Positions 18,553 through 27,628 of a DNA stretch of 64,000 nt are shown one piece after another. The position numbers and the translations under genes were made by a program. Numbering within the stretch: position 1 is the first letter of the stretch; each line of letters opens with the position of its first letter. The notes under the pieces were generated by a model. It ran no database searches. It was given only the letters and a program-made list of their open reading frames with translations, and was not told where the DNA came from. The stretch is from Candidatus Vogelbacteria bacterium (lineage in GTDB: Bacteria > Patescibacteriota > Minisyncoccia > Phycocordibacterales > XYD1-FULL-46-19). The stretch lies in the NCBI GenBank assembly GCA_903864935.1, contig CAIPHT010000007.1, positions 16,293-80,292 of the forward strand. Direction: 5' to 3'.

Positions 18553-18555
18553 TAA

Positions 18556-18690
18556 TTAGACAGCCAATTTATGGCGACCTTTGAGACGGCGTCGGGCCAA
18601 AACCTTAGCCCCGGTTGGGGACTTAGTTCGAGCCAAAAAACCATGGGTAGTGGCTCGTTTCTTCTTTTTAGGATTATACGTAAAAGACAT
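18556..18690 (-). CDS. rpmH: 50S ribosomal protein L34
   Basis: Not in the ORF track (44 aa). Minus-strand translation is [44 protein letters not shown], the canonical L34 sequence. Sits 3 nt upstream of rnpA. Confidence 0.85.
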   Translation of the reverse strand: MSFTYNPKKKKRATTHGFLARTKSPTGAKVLARRRLKGRHKLAV

Positions 18691-18820
18691 GGGGATAGTA
18701 TACCAGAAAAAAAGCTTTTAGCAATATCCACAAGTAATCCACCACATATAAACAGAATAGGTAAGATTGCTAGTTTTTCCACAAGGCCTATAATTGAAGC
18801 AAGTAAGATAATTATTTTAT
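18691..18820. promoter_or_regulatory. dnaA upstream region with DnaA-box-like 9-mers
   Basis: aTATCCACA at 18725..18733 and TTTTCCACA at ~18776..18784 (consensus TTATCCACA); divergent rpmH/dnaA promoter region. Confidence 0.4.
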
Positions 18821-20197
18821 ATGGAAGGAATTTTAGACAACAAGAAACTCTGGGAAAATGCCCTTAATGAGATCGAGTTGTCTATCTCTAAAGCTAACTT
18901 CGGCACCTGGTTTAAAAACACCCACATTATTAAATGTGATGACGGAATTATTCAATTAGCTGTTCCCAATGCTTTTGTTCGTGACTGGTTAGCTAATAAG
19001 TATCACAAGTTCATCTTGAAAGCTCTCCGCGATATGGAAGATGGGGTAAGATCTATCGAATACGTAATTAGCCGCCCCGACGACCAATCATCTAGTAATA
19101 AGGCTAAGATTGGTGTCAACAAAGACAACCTTCTTAGTAATGACCTTGGTTTAAAGGATCTCTATATTAACAAAGAGAGTAATCTTAATCCTAAATATGA
19201 TTTTAGCACCTTCATTGTTGGATCCTTTAATGATGTGGCCTATGCCGCTGGTCAAGCGGTAATTAAGAATCCAGGGACTGTTCATAATCCACTCTTTATT
19301 TATGGTGGAACAGGTTTGGGTAAGACCCACCTTCTCCAAGCAATTGGCAACCAGATTAAAAAGAATAATCCTAATAAATCAGTTTATTATATTAGTTCGG
19401 AGAACTTCATTGTGGAACTTATTAGTAATATTCAGAACAATAAAGGTAATAGCTTTAAGGAAAAGTTCCGCAAATATGACCTTCTTATTATTGATGATGT
19501 CCAATTTTTCTCTAACAAAGAGCATTCTCAAGAAGAACTCTTCCATTTATTCAATCATTATTACGATAACAATAAACAAATTATCTTTTCTTCAGATAAA
19601 CCCCCTAAATTTATTCCTAACCTTGAGGAGAGACTGCGTTCACGCTTCGAAGGGGGGATTATTATTGATATTTCCAAGCCTGATTATGAATCACGCTTAG
19701 CTATCCTAAGAAATAAGAATAAAACCTTAGAAATAAAGATTCCTGATGAGGTTCTCGAGTATCTTGCTTCTGTTATTCAAGACAGTATTAGAGAACTAGA
19801 GGGTTCTCTTAACTCTATTATTCTCCAATCTCAGGCTAAAAATAAAGAGATTACCTTACAAGAAGTGAAGGGGATTATTAAGAATAATATCAAACCTCAG
19901 AAAACTATTTCTATTAAAGACGTTATGCATGTTGTGGCTGATTACTATAATATTGAAGAGGCAATTCTCTATGAGAAAACTCGTCGTAAAGAGGTGGTTA
20001 AACCACGACAAATTATTATGTATATATTAAGAGAAGACTTTAATACTTCTTACCCTTATATTGGCCAAAAATTAGGTGGGAGAGACCACACAACAGTTAT
20101 TCACGCTTACGAAAAAATAAAAGAAGAAGTAAAAAATAATTCAGCCCTTGTCCAAGAGTTAGAACAAATTAGATCACTTCTTTACGCTAATAATTAA
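18821..20197 (+). CDS. dnaA: chromosomal replication initiator protein DnaA
   Basis: AAA+ Walker A GGTGLGKTHLLQAIGN, sensor motifs, C-terminal DNA-binding domain (TVIHAYEKI); 458 aa. Confidence 0.95.
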   Translation: MEGILDNKKLWENALNEIELSISKANFGTWFKNTHIIKCDDGIIQLAVPNAFVRDWLANKYHKFILKALRDMEDGVRSIEYVISRPDDQSSSNKAKIGVNKDNLLSNDLGLKDLYINKESNLNPKYDFSTFIVGSFNDVAYAAGQAVIKNPGTVHNPLFIYGGTGLGKTHLLQAIGNQIKKNNPNKSVYYISSENFIVELISNIQNNKGNSFKEKFRKYDLLIIDDVQFFSNKEHSQEELFHLFNHYYDNNKQIIFSSDKPPKFIPNLEERLRSRFEGGIIIDISKPDYESRLAILRNKNKTLEIKIPDEVLEYLASVIQDSIRELEGSLNSIILQSQAKNKEITLQEVKGIIKNNIKPQKTISIKDVMHVVADYYNIEEAILYEKTRRKEVVKPRQIIMYILREDFNTSYPYIGQKLGGRDHTTVIHAYEKIKEEVKNNSALVQELEQIRSLLYANN

Positions 20198-20432
20198 ATT
20201 TCTGTTAATAACCTGTGGAGAAGATTGTTAATAAAAAGATATTAAAAACAGGATAAGTTATAGAAAAATAAAAATATTATTTTAGAAGTAAAATTAATCT
20301 TAAGTAATCAACAGTTGAATAAAATTTATTATCTCAAATATGTTGCCAAATAAAGATATTCTGAGTTCTCCACATATCCCCAACTATAACAATAATAAGT
20401 TTCTTTTTAATTAAAAATAATTTATAAATACT
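20198..20432. other. candidate oriC (dnaA-dnaN intergenic, AT-rich with inverted DnaA-box-like pair)
   Basis: Very AT-rich 235-bp spacer. TGTGGAGAA at 20214..20222 and its reverse complement TTCTCCACA at 20366..20374 flank an AT-rich stretch. Confidence 0.45.
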
Positions 20433-21536
20433 ATGAAGCTAGAATGTCTAAAAGATAAATTTAAAGATGCTATTATCTTAGCCGAGAAGATAAGTGGGCG
20501 TAACTTAACCTTACCAATTCTAAGTACTATCCTGCTTGAGACTAAGAATAAGAATTTAATAATCAGAGCGACAAACTTAGAAGTGGGGATAGAAATAGAG
20601 ATTCCGGCCAAGATTGAAACTAGTGGTTTAGTGGCGGTTAATGCGAGTATTCTCTTGAATTATCTTAATAATCTTACTAAAGAAGAAAAAATAACCCTTG
20701 AGCTAGATAATAATAATCTTAAATTAAGTACTGAATCAACCCAAACGATTATTAAGAGTCTGGCGCCTGAAGATTTTCCTATTATTCCTAAAATTGCTCA
20801 GGAAGGTGGTTTTGAGATTAAGGCAGTTGATTTTGTCTCAGGCTTACAAGCTGTCTCTTTTGCAAGTGCAGTATCTGATATAAAACCAGAGATATCTAGC
20901 GTTTATCTTCATAATGAGAATCAAGATTTGATTTTTGTTGCCACCGACTCCTTTAGATTAGCCGAGAAAACAATAAATAATATCCCTAATTTAAGTAATC
21001 TTAATATTATTATTCCCTTTAAGAACGTGAACGAATTGATTAGAGTTCTAACTAGTTTGGGGACGAACCAAGTTGTTGTTAGTTATAATAAGAATCAATT
21101 AGCTATCCAGACAGACAATCTCTATCTTACTTTAAGGGTAATTGATGGTAATTATCCCGATTATAAACAAATCATCCCAACCAAATTTAATACTGAATTA
21201 AATATCAAAAAAGAAGATTTTGTTGGGTTACTTAAACTCTCAACAATTTTCTCTGATCGCTTTAATCAAATTGATATAACCTTTAAACCAGATTCTAATA
21301 CACTAGAAGTTTTATCTCATAACCAAGAAGTAGGGGAGAATAAATCGTCTTTAGTAATTAAAATTAAGGGCGAACCATTAATTATTAGCTTTAATGCTAA
21401 GTATTTACTAGATTGCCTTAGTTCCTTTAGTGATAATGTAATTAATCTACGTTTTACTGAGACAAGTCGACCTCTAATGATAGAGGGGACAACGGATAAC
21501 TCTTTCCATTATCTTGTGATGCCGATCAATAAGTAA
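20433..21536 (+). CDS. dnaN: DNA polymerase III subunit beta (sliding clamp)
   Basis: Three-domain clamp of 367 aa; N-terminus MKLECLKDKFKDAI...LTLPILSTILLE; conserved position after dnaA. Confidence 0.9.
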   Translation: MKLECLKDKFKDAIILAEKISGRNLTLPILSTILLETKNKNLIIRATNLEVGIEIEIPAKIETSGLVAVNASILLNYLNNLTKEEKITLELDNNNLKLSTESTQTIIKSLAPEDFPIIPKIAQEGGFEIKAVDFVSGLQAVSFASAVSDIKPEISSVYLHNENQDLIFVATDSFRLAEKTINNIPNLSNLNIIIPFKNVNELIRVLTSLGTNQVVVSYNKNQLAIQTDNLYLTLRVIDGNYPDYKQIIPTKFNTELNIKKEDFVGLLKLSTIFSDRFNQIDITFKPDSNTLEVLSHNQEVGENKSSLVIKIKGEPLIISFNAKYLLDCLSSFSDNVINLRFTETSRPLMIEGTTDNSFHYLVMPINK

Positions 21537-21537
21537 G

Positions 21538-21789
21538 ATGGATAACTTCAAAGATCTCCTTAAACTTTATAGTCAAAAATTAAATAGTACTCAATTAATT
21601 ATTGACGAAATTCTAGCTGTTATAAATAAAGAAACCGGTCTAAATCTTAATAAAACAAATTTAGTAACCAGAGATGGTATTGCTTATCTTAAAGTTAAAC
21701 CAAAACAAAAATTAGAGATTATCCTACATAAAGACAGGATAATCTCTAATTTTAAAGAAGAAAAAATTCTAATTACTGACCTAAAGTAA
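21538..21789 (+). CDS. small protein, possibly DUF721/DciA-like
   Basis: 83 aa directly after dnaN; segment TRDGIAYLKVKPKQKLEIILHKDRII loosely follows the DUF721 pattern. Weak. Confidence 0.3.
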   Translation: MDNFKDLLKLYSQKLNSTQLIIDEILAVINKETGLNLNKTNLVTRDGIAYLKVKPKQKLEIILHKDRIISNFKEEKILITDLK

Positions 21790-24226
21790 AAATGACTGTT
21801 TTGGTACTACTATTACCAGCTTGGTCATAAATAACAGCTTTTAGTTCATGTTTTCCTTTAGAAATAAGTGATTCTCCTGGGTTGAAAGCAAGAGAAAAAG
21901 GAGAATTTTTGGTTGATGTTAATTTATTATTATCAATAAAATAATCAACTTGAGATAAATTTAGATTACTAGGGAGAAGAAGAGAAATGTTAATATCACT
22001 TTGAAGTGAAAAATTACTTCCCTCTGTGGGGGAAAGAATATCAACCTGGTTGAGAAGTCTCACTTGATCTGGGTTAGGGGCACTCATAATCGTTTCTCCT
22101 CCTAAGCGTTGTGCTTTGGTCTTGAGCCATTGTTGAATAGGATATTCCCAAAGATTAAATTGCGGATCACCCGCTGGGTTACTTGGCCGTGGTCCCAAAG
22201 GATTATTTTTATCAAGCCAGTAGAGGATAGAATGAACATTATTATTAAGGACTTCTTGTCCGTTGATAATACTTGTCTCTCCACCTTGCCAATAACCACG
22301 AAGGACAGGCTTCAGACCGGCATAATTGACCACAGGGGGGATGAATTTCTCGTCTGGGGTGATAGCTAGCGCCTCCTTCATGACAGAGCTCCAGAGAGGT
22401 GTTAGGAGGTAACCAGCCACCTTCTTCTCCATTGGGGTGTTGTCACTGTTACCAGCCCAGGCCCCAACCACAACATTGGGGGTATAACCAATAACCCAAG
22501 CGTCCTTGTAGTCGTTTGTTGTCCCCGTTTTAACAGCCACCTGACGATTACCAAACCAGAGGTTAGAGTGGACACCATAAGCAGGAGCACGCGCGTTGTC
22601 ATCAGCCAAAATATCCGTTATTAATCTAGCGGTATTAACAGGAAGAACAACCTCATTCTTATCCTGATACTCTTCTATTTTGTCGCCATTTGGCCCAAGA
22701 ACACTAAGAACACCAACGGTGGCATGTTTAACTCCATCAGTGGCAAAGGTGCCATAAGCACCAGTCATATCGAGGAGAGAGACTTCACCACCACCCAAAA
22801 CGAGGGTTAAACCATATTGATTTTTATCACCAAGATTAGTAATTCCCATTTTTTTGGCTAAATCCAAAGCATCATTAATCCCAACGAGGTAAAGTAATTT
22901 AACCGCTGGGATATTGCGTGATTGGCCAAGAGCCTGTCTTAAGGTTAAGGGTCCGGGGAATTTTAAGTCATAATCATTAGGGGAGTAACATTTTGCTCCA
23001 GCGGTGAGCGGTTTGCTGGTAGGACTACAATTAGTATTAAATTCAGTTTTGAGGTCAAAAAGAACGGTCTGGTCAGTATAGCCTTTATTGAAGGCAGCGG
23101 CATAAACAAAGGGTTTGAAGGAAGAACCTGGTTGGCGATAAGCCGTGGCCACATTGAAATTACCACTAATTGCTTGGTTGAAGTAGTCACGCGAGCCGGT
23201 AAAAGCAAGAATTTGCCCTGTTTTCGGATCAATAATAACAATACTATTATTCTTAGCATTAAACTTGGTCTCGTTCTCGGTACCATATTTCTTAGCTAAT
23301 TCCTCAACTTTTTGTTGTAGATCCCAATTGATAGTGGAGATAACTTTGAAATCGTTATTCTCAATATTATCTAAGCCATAACGCTCAGCTAATTGATCCT
23401 TAAGCCAGAGAACAAAGTGAGGAGCCTTGATTCCCTGATTGATCTTCTCGTAGAAGGCGACTCGCTCTTGTTTAGCTTTATTATAATCAGTTTGAGAAAT
23501 GAGCTTGAGATCTAACATACGACTTAAGACCAAATTCTTTCTTTGTTCTAGTTTGGCTTTATTTGCCCCATAAGGAGAGTAATAATTAGGGGCTTGGGGC
23601 ATCGAGGCTAAATAAGCAGCCTCCGCGAGAGTAATCTGGGTAATATCTTTATGGAAATAGGCTTTAGCGGCCTCTTGAACCCCATAAATATTACCCCCAT
23701 AAGGAGATTGATTAAGATAAACATTCAAGATCTCGTCCTTCGTCATATTATTCTCCAGTTTAATTGAGAGAATAACTTCTTTAATCTTGCGAGTAATCGT
23801 CTTATCGCGTGTTAGAAGAGAATTTTTTACTACTTGCTGGGTGATTGTAGAGCCACCTTGTTGGGCCCCGCCAGAGACGAGGTCAACCAATAAGGCTCGG
23901 GCGATTGAGGTTGGTTGAATTCCTTTGTGTTGATAGAAACCAGCATCTTCGATTGCGATTGTGGCGTTCTTCATAATTTGGGGGATGGTCTGGAAAACGA
24001 CCGGAGTACGACGAACCCCTTTAACATCATAGAGCAAAATTTGACCAGTCCGGTCATAAATTTTCATTGACCGCTCAGCAATTTGTTTGGTGAAGAAGGT
24101 CTCGAAATCAGGCACCGGGAGAGTGATAGCCCAAATGGTAGTAAAACTACTCAAAAGGAGAAAAGCCGTGATAACAAAGAGGATTAAACTATAAATTTTA
24201 CTAAGATTATTTTTATGTTTAGACAT
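21773..24226 (-). CDS. mrcA: class A penicillin-binding protein (PBP1A; transglycosylase plus transpeptidase)
   Basis: N-terminal TM; GT51 motifs (EDAGFYQHKG, GGSTITQQ); transpeptidase SxxK (SSFKPF), SxN, KTGTT; C-terminal extra beta domain. Confidence 0.9.
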   Translation of the reverse strand: MSKHKNNLSKIYSLILFVITAFLLLSSFTTIWAITLPVPDFETFFTKQIAERSMKIYDRTGQILLYDVKGVRRTPVVFQTIPQIMKNATIAIEDAGFYQHKGIQPTSIARALLVDLVSGGAQQGGSTITQQVVKNSLLTRDKTITRKIKEVILSIKLENNMTKDEILNVYLNQSPYGGNIYGVQEAAKAYFHKDITQITLAEAAYLASMPQAPNYYSPYGANKAKLEQRKNLVLSRMLDLKLISQTDYNKAKQERVAFYEKINQGIKAPHFVLWLKDQLAERYGLDNIENNDFKVISTINWDLQQKVEELAKKYGTENETKFNAKNNSIVIIDPKTGQILAFTGSRDYFNQAISGNFNVATAYRQPGSSFKPFVYAAAFNKGYTDQTVLFDLKTEFNTNCSPTSKPLTAGAKCYSPNDYDLKFPGPLTLRQALGQSRNIPAVKLLYLVGINDALDLAKKMGITNLGDKNQYGLTLVLGGGEVSLLDMTGAYGTFATDGVKHATVGVLSVLGPNGDKIEEYQDKNEVVLPVNTARLITDILADDNARAPAYGVHSNLWFGNRQVAVKTGTTNDYKDAWVIGYTPNVVVGAWAGNSDNTPMEKKVAGYLLTPLWSSVMKEALAITPDEKFIPPVVNYAGLKPVLRGYWQGGETSIINGQEVLNNNVHSILYWLDKNNPLGPRPSNPAGDPQFNLWEYPIQQWLKTKAQRLGGETIMSAPNPDQVRLLNQVDILSPTEGSNFSLQSDINISLLLPSNLNLSQVDYFIDNNKLTSTKNSPFSLAFNPGESLISKGKHELKAVIYDQAGNSSTKTVIFTLGQ

Positions 24227-24278
24227 TTTTCTATCCTAGCACATTTTGCGTAAAAAGATAAGTGTGGTGTTATTAATA

Positions 24279-24318
24279 AAAAGACCAGGCTGACTTTATT
24301 TAGTCAGCCTGGTCTTTT
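24279..24318. terminator. bidirectional rho-independent terminator
   Basis: Perfect 15-bp stem AAAGACCAGGCTGAC/GTCAGCCTGGTCTTT with an 8-nt loop, flanked by A-run and T-run. Confidence 0.6.
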
Positions 24319-24345
24319 TATTGTGAGACGATTTTAAAATTCTTC

Positions 24346-24492
24346 GTCAAAATCTTCCCCCCCCCCTTCTTCTTCGTCAGCAACCATATCTGGATCGTCC
24401 AAAAGGGGATCATCTAAGTCGATATCTTCAGCAATTGGGGGGGTGACAGTATCATCGTCACTACCCATAATTATTTGATCATCGTCAGGCAT
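24346..24492 (-). CDS. tiny highly acidic ORF containing an 11-nt poly-G (poly-C on plus strand) tract
   Basis: Minus-strand translation MPDDDQIIMGSDDDTVTPPIAEDIDLDDPLLDDPDMVADEEEGGGGRF. With a 10-nt homopolymer the tail would read ...EEEGGGEDFDEEF. Below the ORF-track size cut-off. Coding status uncertain. Confidence 0.25.
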
Positions 24493-24591
24493 TTTTTTAA
24501 AAAATTATTTTTATAATAAAAACTAAACTATTACTTTTTAACATATCGGTATTTTTTTGCAACTTTTTACCTGCTAGTTTGGGGATAACAT

Positions 24592-25071
24592 TTATTTGGG
24601 TGGATGATAGATGGCTAAGTGGGTAAGAGCAATAGCGATCGCGTCATACTCGTCATCATATTTTACTTCCTTAGAAATTTTGATTAAACGAGGCACCATC
24701 TCGGCCACCTGTTTTTTGTTGGCATTACCATAACCAGTAACCGTGAGTTTTATCTCTGGCGGGGTATATTCGAAGAGGGGGATATGATGCTTGGCCGACA
24801 GATATGATATCACCCCCCGTGCTTCAGCTACAGCCATAGCCGTCTTTTGATTGACGGTAAAATAGAGCTTCTCGGTGGCCACGGTATCGGGCTTATACTC
24901 TTTTATTAATTTTTCTAACTCACTTCCCACTGACAAAAGCCTCTCGCCAAGACAGTCTTTATTAGAAGAAAGAAAACAAGCAGAAAAAACCAACTCCTCT
25001 TTGCCGTTATCTTTTTTTATAAGAGCGACTCCGAGACGATCATAACCAGGGTCAATGCCTAGAACTAACAT
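24592..25071 (-). CDS. ruvC: crossover junction endodeoxyribonuclease RuvC
   Basis: MLVLGIDPGYDRLGVALI; RNase H-fold resolvase motifs; 159 aa. Confidence 0.9.
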   Translation of the reverse strand: MLVLGIDPGYDRLGVALIKKDNGKEELVFSACFLSSNKDCLGERLLSVGSELEKLIKEYKPDTVATEKLYFTVNQKTAMAVAEARGVISYLSAKHHIPLFEYTPPEIKLTVTGYGNANKKQVAEMVPRLIKISKEVKYDDEYDAIAIALTHLAIYHPPK

Positions 25072-25100
25072 TTTATTTTTTTATTTAGAATAATTAGAAA

Positions 25101-25640
25101 TTAGGTCAATTCGGCATTACTAAAGACATTCTTGATATCTTCGTGTTCTTCAATTTCTTCAATTAGGCCAGAGAGTTTTTCTTGATCGGCTTCTGAGAGG
25201 GGAATCATCGCTTGAGGAACGAAATTCCCTTCCTCATCTTTGGTAAAAGCCCAAGCGGTGGAACCTTGGGTACCGAGGCTCCCGCCGTGTTCGGAAAGAA
25301 TATGTTTAATCTCTGGTGTTGTTCTGTTTTTATTGTCTGTCACTCCGGTAATAAGTAGAGCCACTCCGGCTGGACCATAAGCCTCATAGGTGACCTCTTC
25401 GAAGTTCTCAGCGCCGCCGCCAAAGCCTTTTTGCACAGCGCGTTCAATATTATCAAGAGGCATATTGGCGTCTTTGGCACGAATAATCGCTGCTTTGAGA
25501 CTTGGAGCCTCTTTATTACCACCAGCGCGCTTAGCCTCCATGGTAATCATTCGCACGAGCATTGAGAATAACTTACTGCGCTTAGCATCTGTTACCCCTT
25601 TCTTGTTCTTAATCTGTGACCATTTATTATGTCCACTCAT
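25101..25640 (-). CDS. yebC: YebC/PmpR-family DNA-binding regulator
   Basis: MSGHNKWSQIKNKKGVTDAKRSKLF N-terminus (start moved to this Met; the ORF track begins 18 codons upstream). Confidence 0.85.
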   Translation of the reverse strand: MSGHNKWSQIKNKKGVTDAKRSKLFSMLVRMITMEAKRAGGNKEAPSLKAAIIRAKDANMPLDNIERAVQKGFGGGAENFEEVTYEAYGPAGVALLITGVTDNKNRTTPEIKHILSEHGGSLGTQGSTAWAFTKDEEGNFVPQAMIPLSEADQEKLSGLIEEIEEHEDIKNVFSNAELT

Positions 25641-25713
25641 ATAGTTTGTAGTATAGCGTATTTGATATAGAGGTAAAGAGCGAAAATTTTGCAAAACATG
25701 TTAAAATAAAAAC

Positions 25714-26322
25714 ATGAGATATGCTTTTATTGATGTTCAGAATACTATGGGGACAGTTAATCAACTCTTAAATTTCTCTATTGACTGGGGAAAACTTATC
25801 AGGCACCTAAAAAATGAGAAATGGGATTGCGCAAAAGTTTTTTATTACAAAGGCCGAAGAAAAGGCGAAGAAGAAGATAAAAGAATCCAAGACCTAGAGA
25901 ATTTGGGCTATATCGTTCGCAGTAAACTTACCCATATCCACCCAGATAAAACATTCACCCAAAAAGGTTTTTGCCAAAAATGTGGGGCAGAGACAGAGTC
26001 AAAATATATTATTAAGGGAGACCATAAATCAAATTGTGATGTTGAATTGACGGTAGATGCTTTAAAAATTGCGTATGCCAATAATTCGGAAAAAGAATTT
26101 TTGATTTTTACTGGTGATGGCGACTTCCGTTTCTTAATTGAAGCCCTTATTGAAAAGGGGATAAAAGTTATAATTATCTCTAATACTAAAAAGAATAGTA
26201 ACGGCGACAAGAGGTTCAGCACTAGATTAAGAGATTTAATCAAACAAGAAGAAAATAAGGGTAAATCAGGCCTAGTTGATTTTATTGATATTAATGACTG
26301 GAAACAGAGTATAAAAATATAA
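25714..26322 (+). CDS. NYN/LabA-like (PIN-like) nuclease-domain protein with inserted zinc-ribbon
   Basis: FIDVQN N-terminus, CDVELTVDAL, FTGDGDFRFLIEALIEKGIKV (NYN signature); inserted CQKCG...C ribbon. Paralog of 39728..40255. Confidence 0.65.
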   Translation: MRYAFIDVQNTMGTVNQLLNFSIDWGKLIRHLKNEKWDCAKVFYYKGRRKGEEEDKRIQDLENLGYIVRSKLTHIHPDKTFTQKGFCQKCGAETESKYIIKGDHKSNCDVELTVDALKIAYANNSEKEFLIFTGDGDFRFLIEALIEKGIKVIIISNTKKNSNGDKRFSTRLRDLIKQEENKGKSGLVDFIDINDWKQSIKI

Positions 26323-26325
26323 AAA

Positions 26326-26352
26326 CAAACCGCCCTCAAGCGTGGCGGTTTG
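26326..26352. terminator. hairpin terminator (better U-tract on minus strand)
   Basis: AAACCGCC-CTCAAGCGT-GGCGGTTT; on the minus strand it is followed by TTTGTTTTTATATTTTT. Confidence 0.5.
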
Positions 26353-26544
26353 CGAATGATGTAATAATAATAGCAAGGTGCTGGCAAAAGTCAAGTAGTA
26401 GATATAAAAAGAAAAGGGTACCTAAGGCACTAACACCTTTCGGGCCCCCTCTTCGTCTTAATATGCTGAGTATCCTAACAAAAGCAGGTCACTAGATTCA
26501 AGTCTTCTAACCAAAATGAAAATCCTTGTAGTGGAAAATCTTAT

Positions 26545-27087
26545 CTAGGTCGTTTCCTCAATAATTTCTCCTGTTTCCGGCACTCTTTCTCCAACCTTAA
26601 CCTTCTTTATTGACACGCCTTCTTTGGGGTAATATTTTTTCCACTGGCCCAAGGCTTCTTCCTTAGAGAGCTCTATCCCGTCGGCGACACCGCTTATTGT
26701 CTCCGTGTCTATGGCCATAAGTTCGCTTCCTTCTTTTATGTTGGCTGTGATGATTATATTATGTTCCCCCTCTTCATCCGTTTCCATTATGCTCATAAAT
26801 ACCTTAGTCTTATCCTCATTTGTCTCTATATTAACACTGCGTTCTACTCTTGCTTCATAAATGGGTTGTCTTTTTTCTTCGCCGGTTTCTTCGTTGTAGC
26901 CTTGGCCATGAACACCGTATTTTTTCCTCAGTTTGTCCAGCTCCTCATTACTTTTTTCTGCACTTTGTTTGTCTCTTTCTTTAAGATAATCCGTCATTGC
27001 ATGACCTTCTTTTAGAATCTCCAAAGGGGATTTGGCCCCCGGGGTCGACTTTTGTTGTTCTGGGACACCAAAATTTTCCATTGACAT
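26545..27087 (-). CDS. hypothetical acidic protein
   Basis: 180-aa Glu/Lys-rich ORF; no family recognised. Confidence 0.5.
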   Translation of the reverse strand: MSMENFGVPEQQKSTPGAKSPLEILKEGHAMTDYLKERDKQSAEKSNEELDKLRKKYGVHGQGYNEETGEEKRQPIYEARVERSVNIETNEDKTKVFMSIMETDEEGEHNIIITANIKEGSELMAIDTETISGVADGIELSKEEALGQWKKYYPKEGVSIKKVKVGERVPETGEIIEETT

Positions 27088-27197
27088 ATTATAAAATAGT
27101 TATTTTGATAAAAACTAGCGACATTGTCATTTTACCATAATCTCTGTTTTTGCTAAACTGTGGTCAGATATTATAAAGTCTAATTTAACACAAATTT

Positions 27198-27623
27198 ATG
27201 TCTAATTTTGAATTTATCCCAGATCCAAGTAAAAATGAGCCCAAGGGTGAGACTCATGTCGAATTCCCTAAATGGGATAAAAATACGGGCTTTGATCCGG
27301 ACTTAAGTAAAAATGAGTCTACCCCAAATAATAAAGAGGATAAGCCTTTAGAAACGGGGAATTTTCAAGTTAAGAAGAAGGAGGAAGAGGCTAGGGGTGC
27401 ATTGTTGGGGGTTTATGGTGATATCGCTGGCGATCTTAATAAAACCCTAGAGGAGCAAGCTAAAGACAATGATGATTTTATTAAAAGAGAGTTAAAAAGA
27501 CTGGGGAAAGATCCCGCTGAATTTGAAAGAAGAGCGGCTAAATTGGCTTGGCAAAACAAAACACTTGGTCAAAAAGCCTCTAGTATTTTCAAGGGTCTGG
27601 GGAAGAAGCTTTCTGGTAAATAA
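27198..27623 (+). CDS. hypothetical protein
   Basis: 141-aa charged ORF; 5 nt upstream of the next gene. Confidence 0.5.
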   Translation: MSNFEFIPDPSKNEPKGETHVEFPKWDKNTGFDPDLSKNESTPNNKEDKPLETGNFQVKKKEEEARGALLGVYGDIAGDLNKTLEEQAKDNDDFIKRELKRLGKDPAEFERRAAKLAWQNKTLGQKASSIFKGLGKKLSGK

Positions 27624-27628
27624 TTTAC

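Noticed and set aside
18552-18867. Track ORFs 18552..18782 (minus) and 18571..18867 (plus) in the rnpA-dnaA spacer
   Set aside because: They overlap the canonical 44-aa rpmH gene (18556..18690, minus) and the DnaA-box promoter region; translations are non-protein-like.
19302-19700. 132-aa plus-strand ORF inside dnaA in another frame
   Set aside because: Lies entirely within the well-supported dnaA CDS.
25908-26387. 159-aa minus-strand ORF antisense to the NYN gene
   Set aside because: Antisense to a gene with clear domain signatures; odd composition (Pro/Ile/Phe-rich); no start context.
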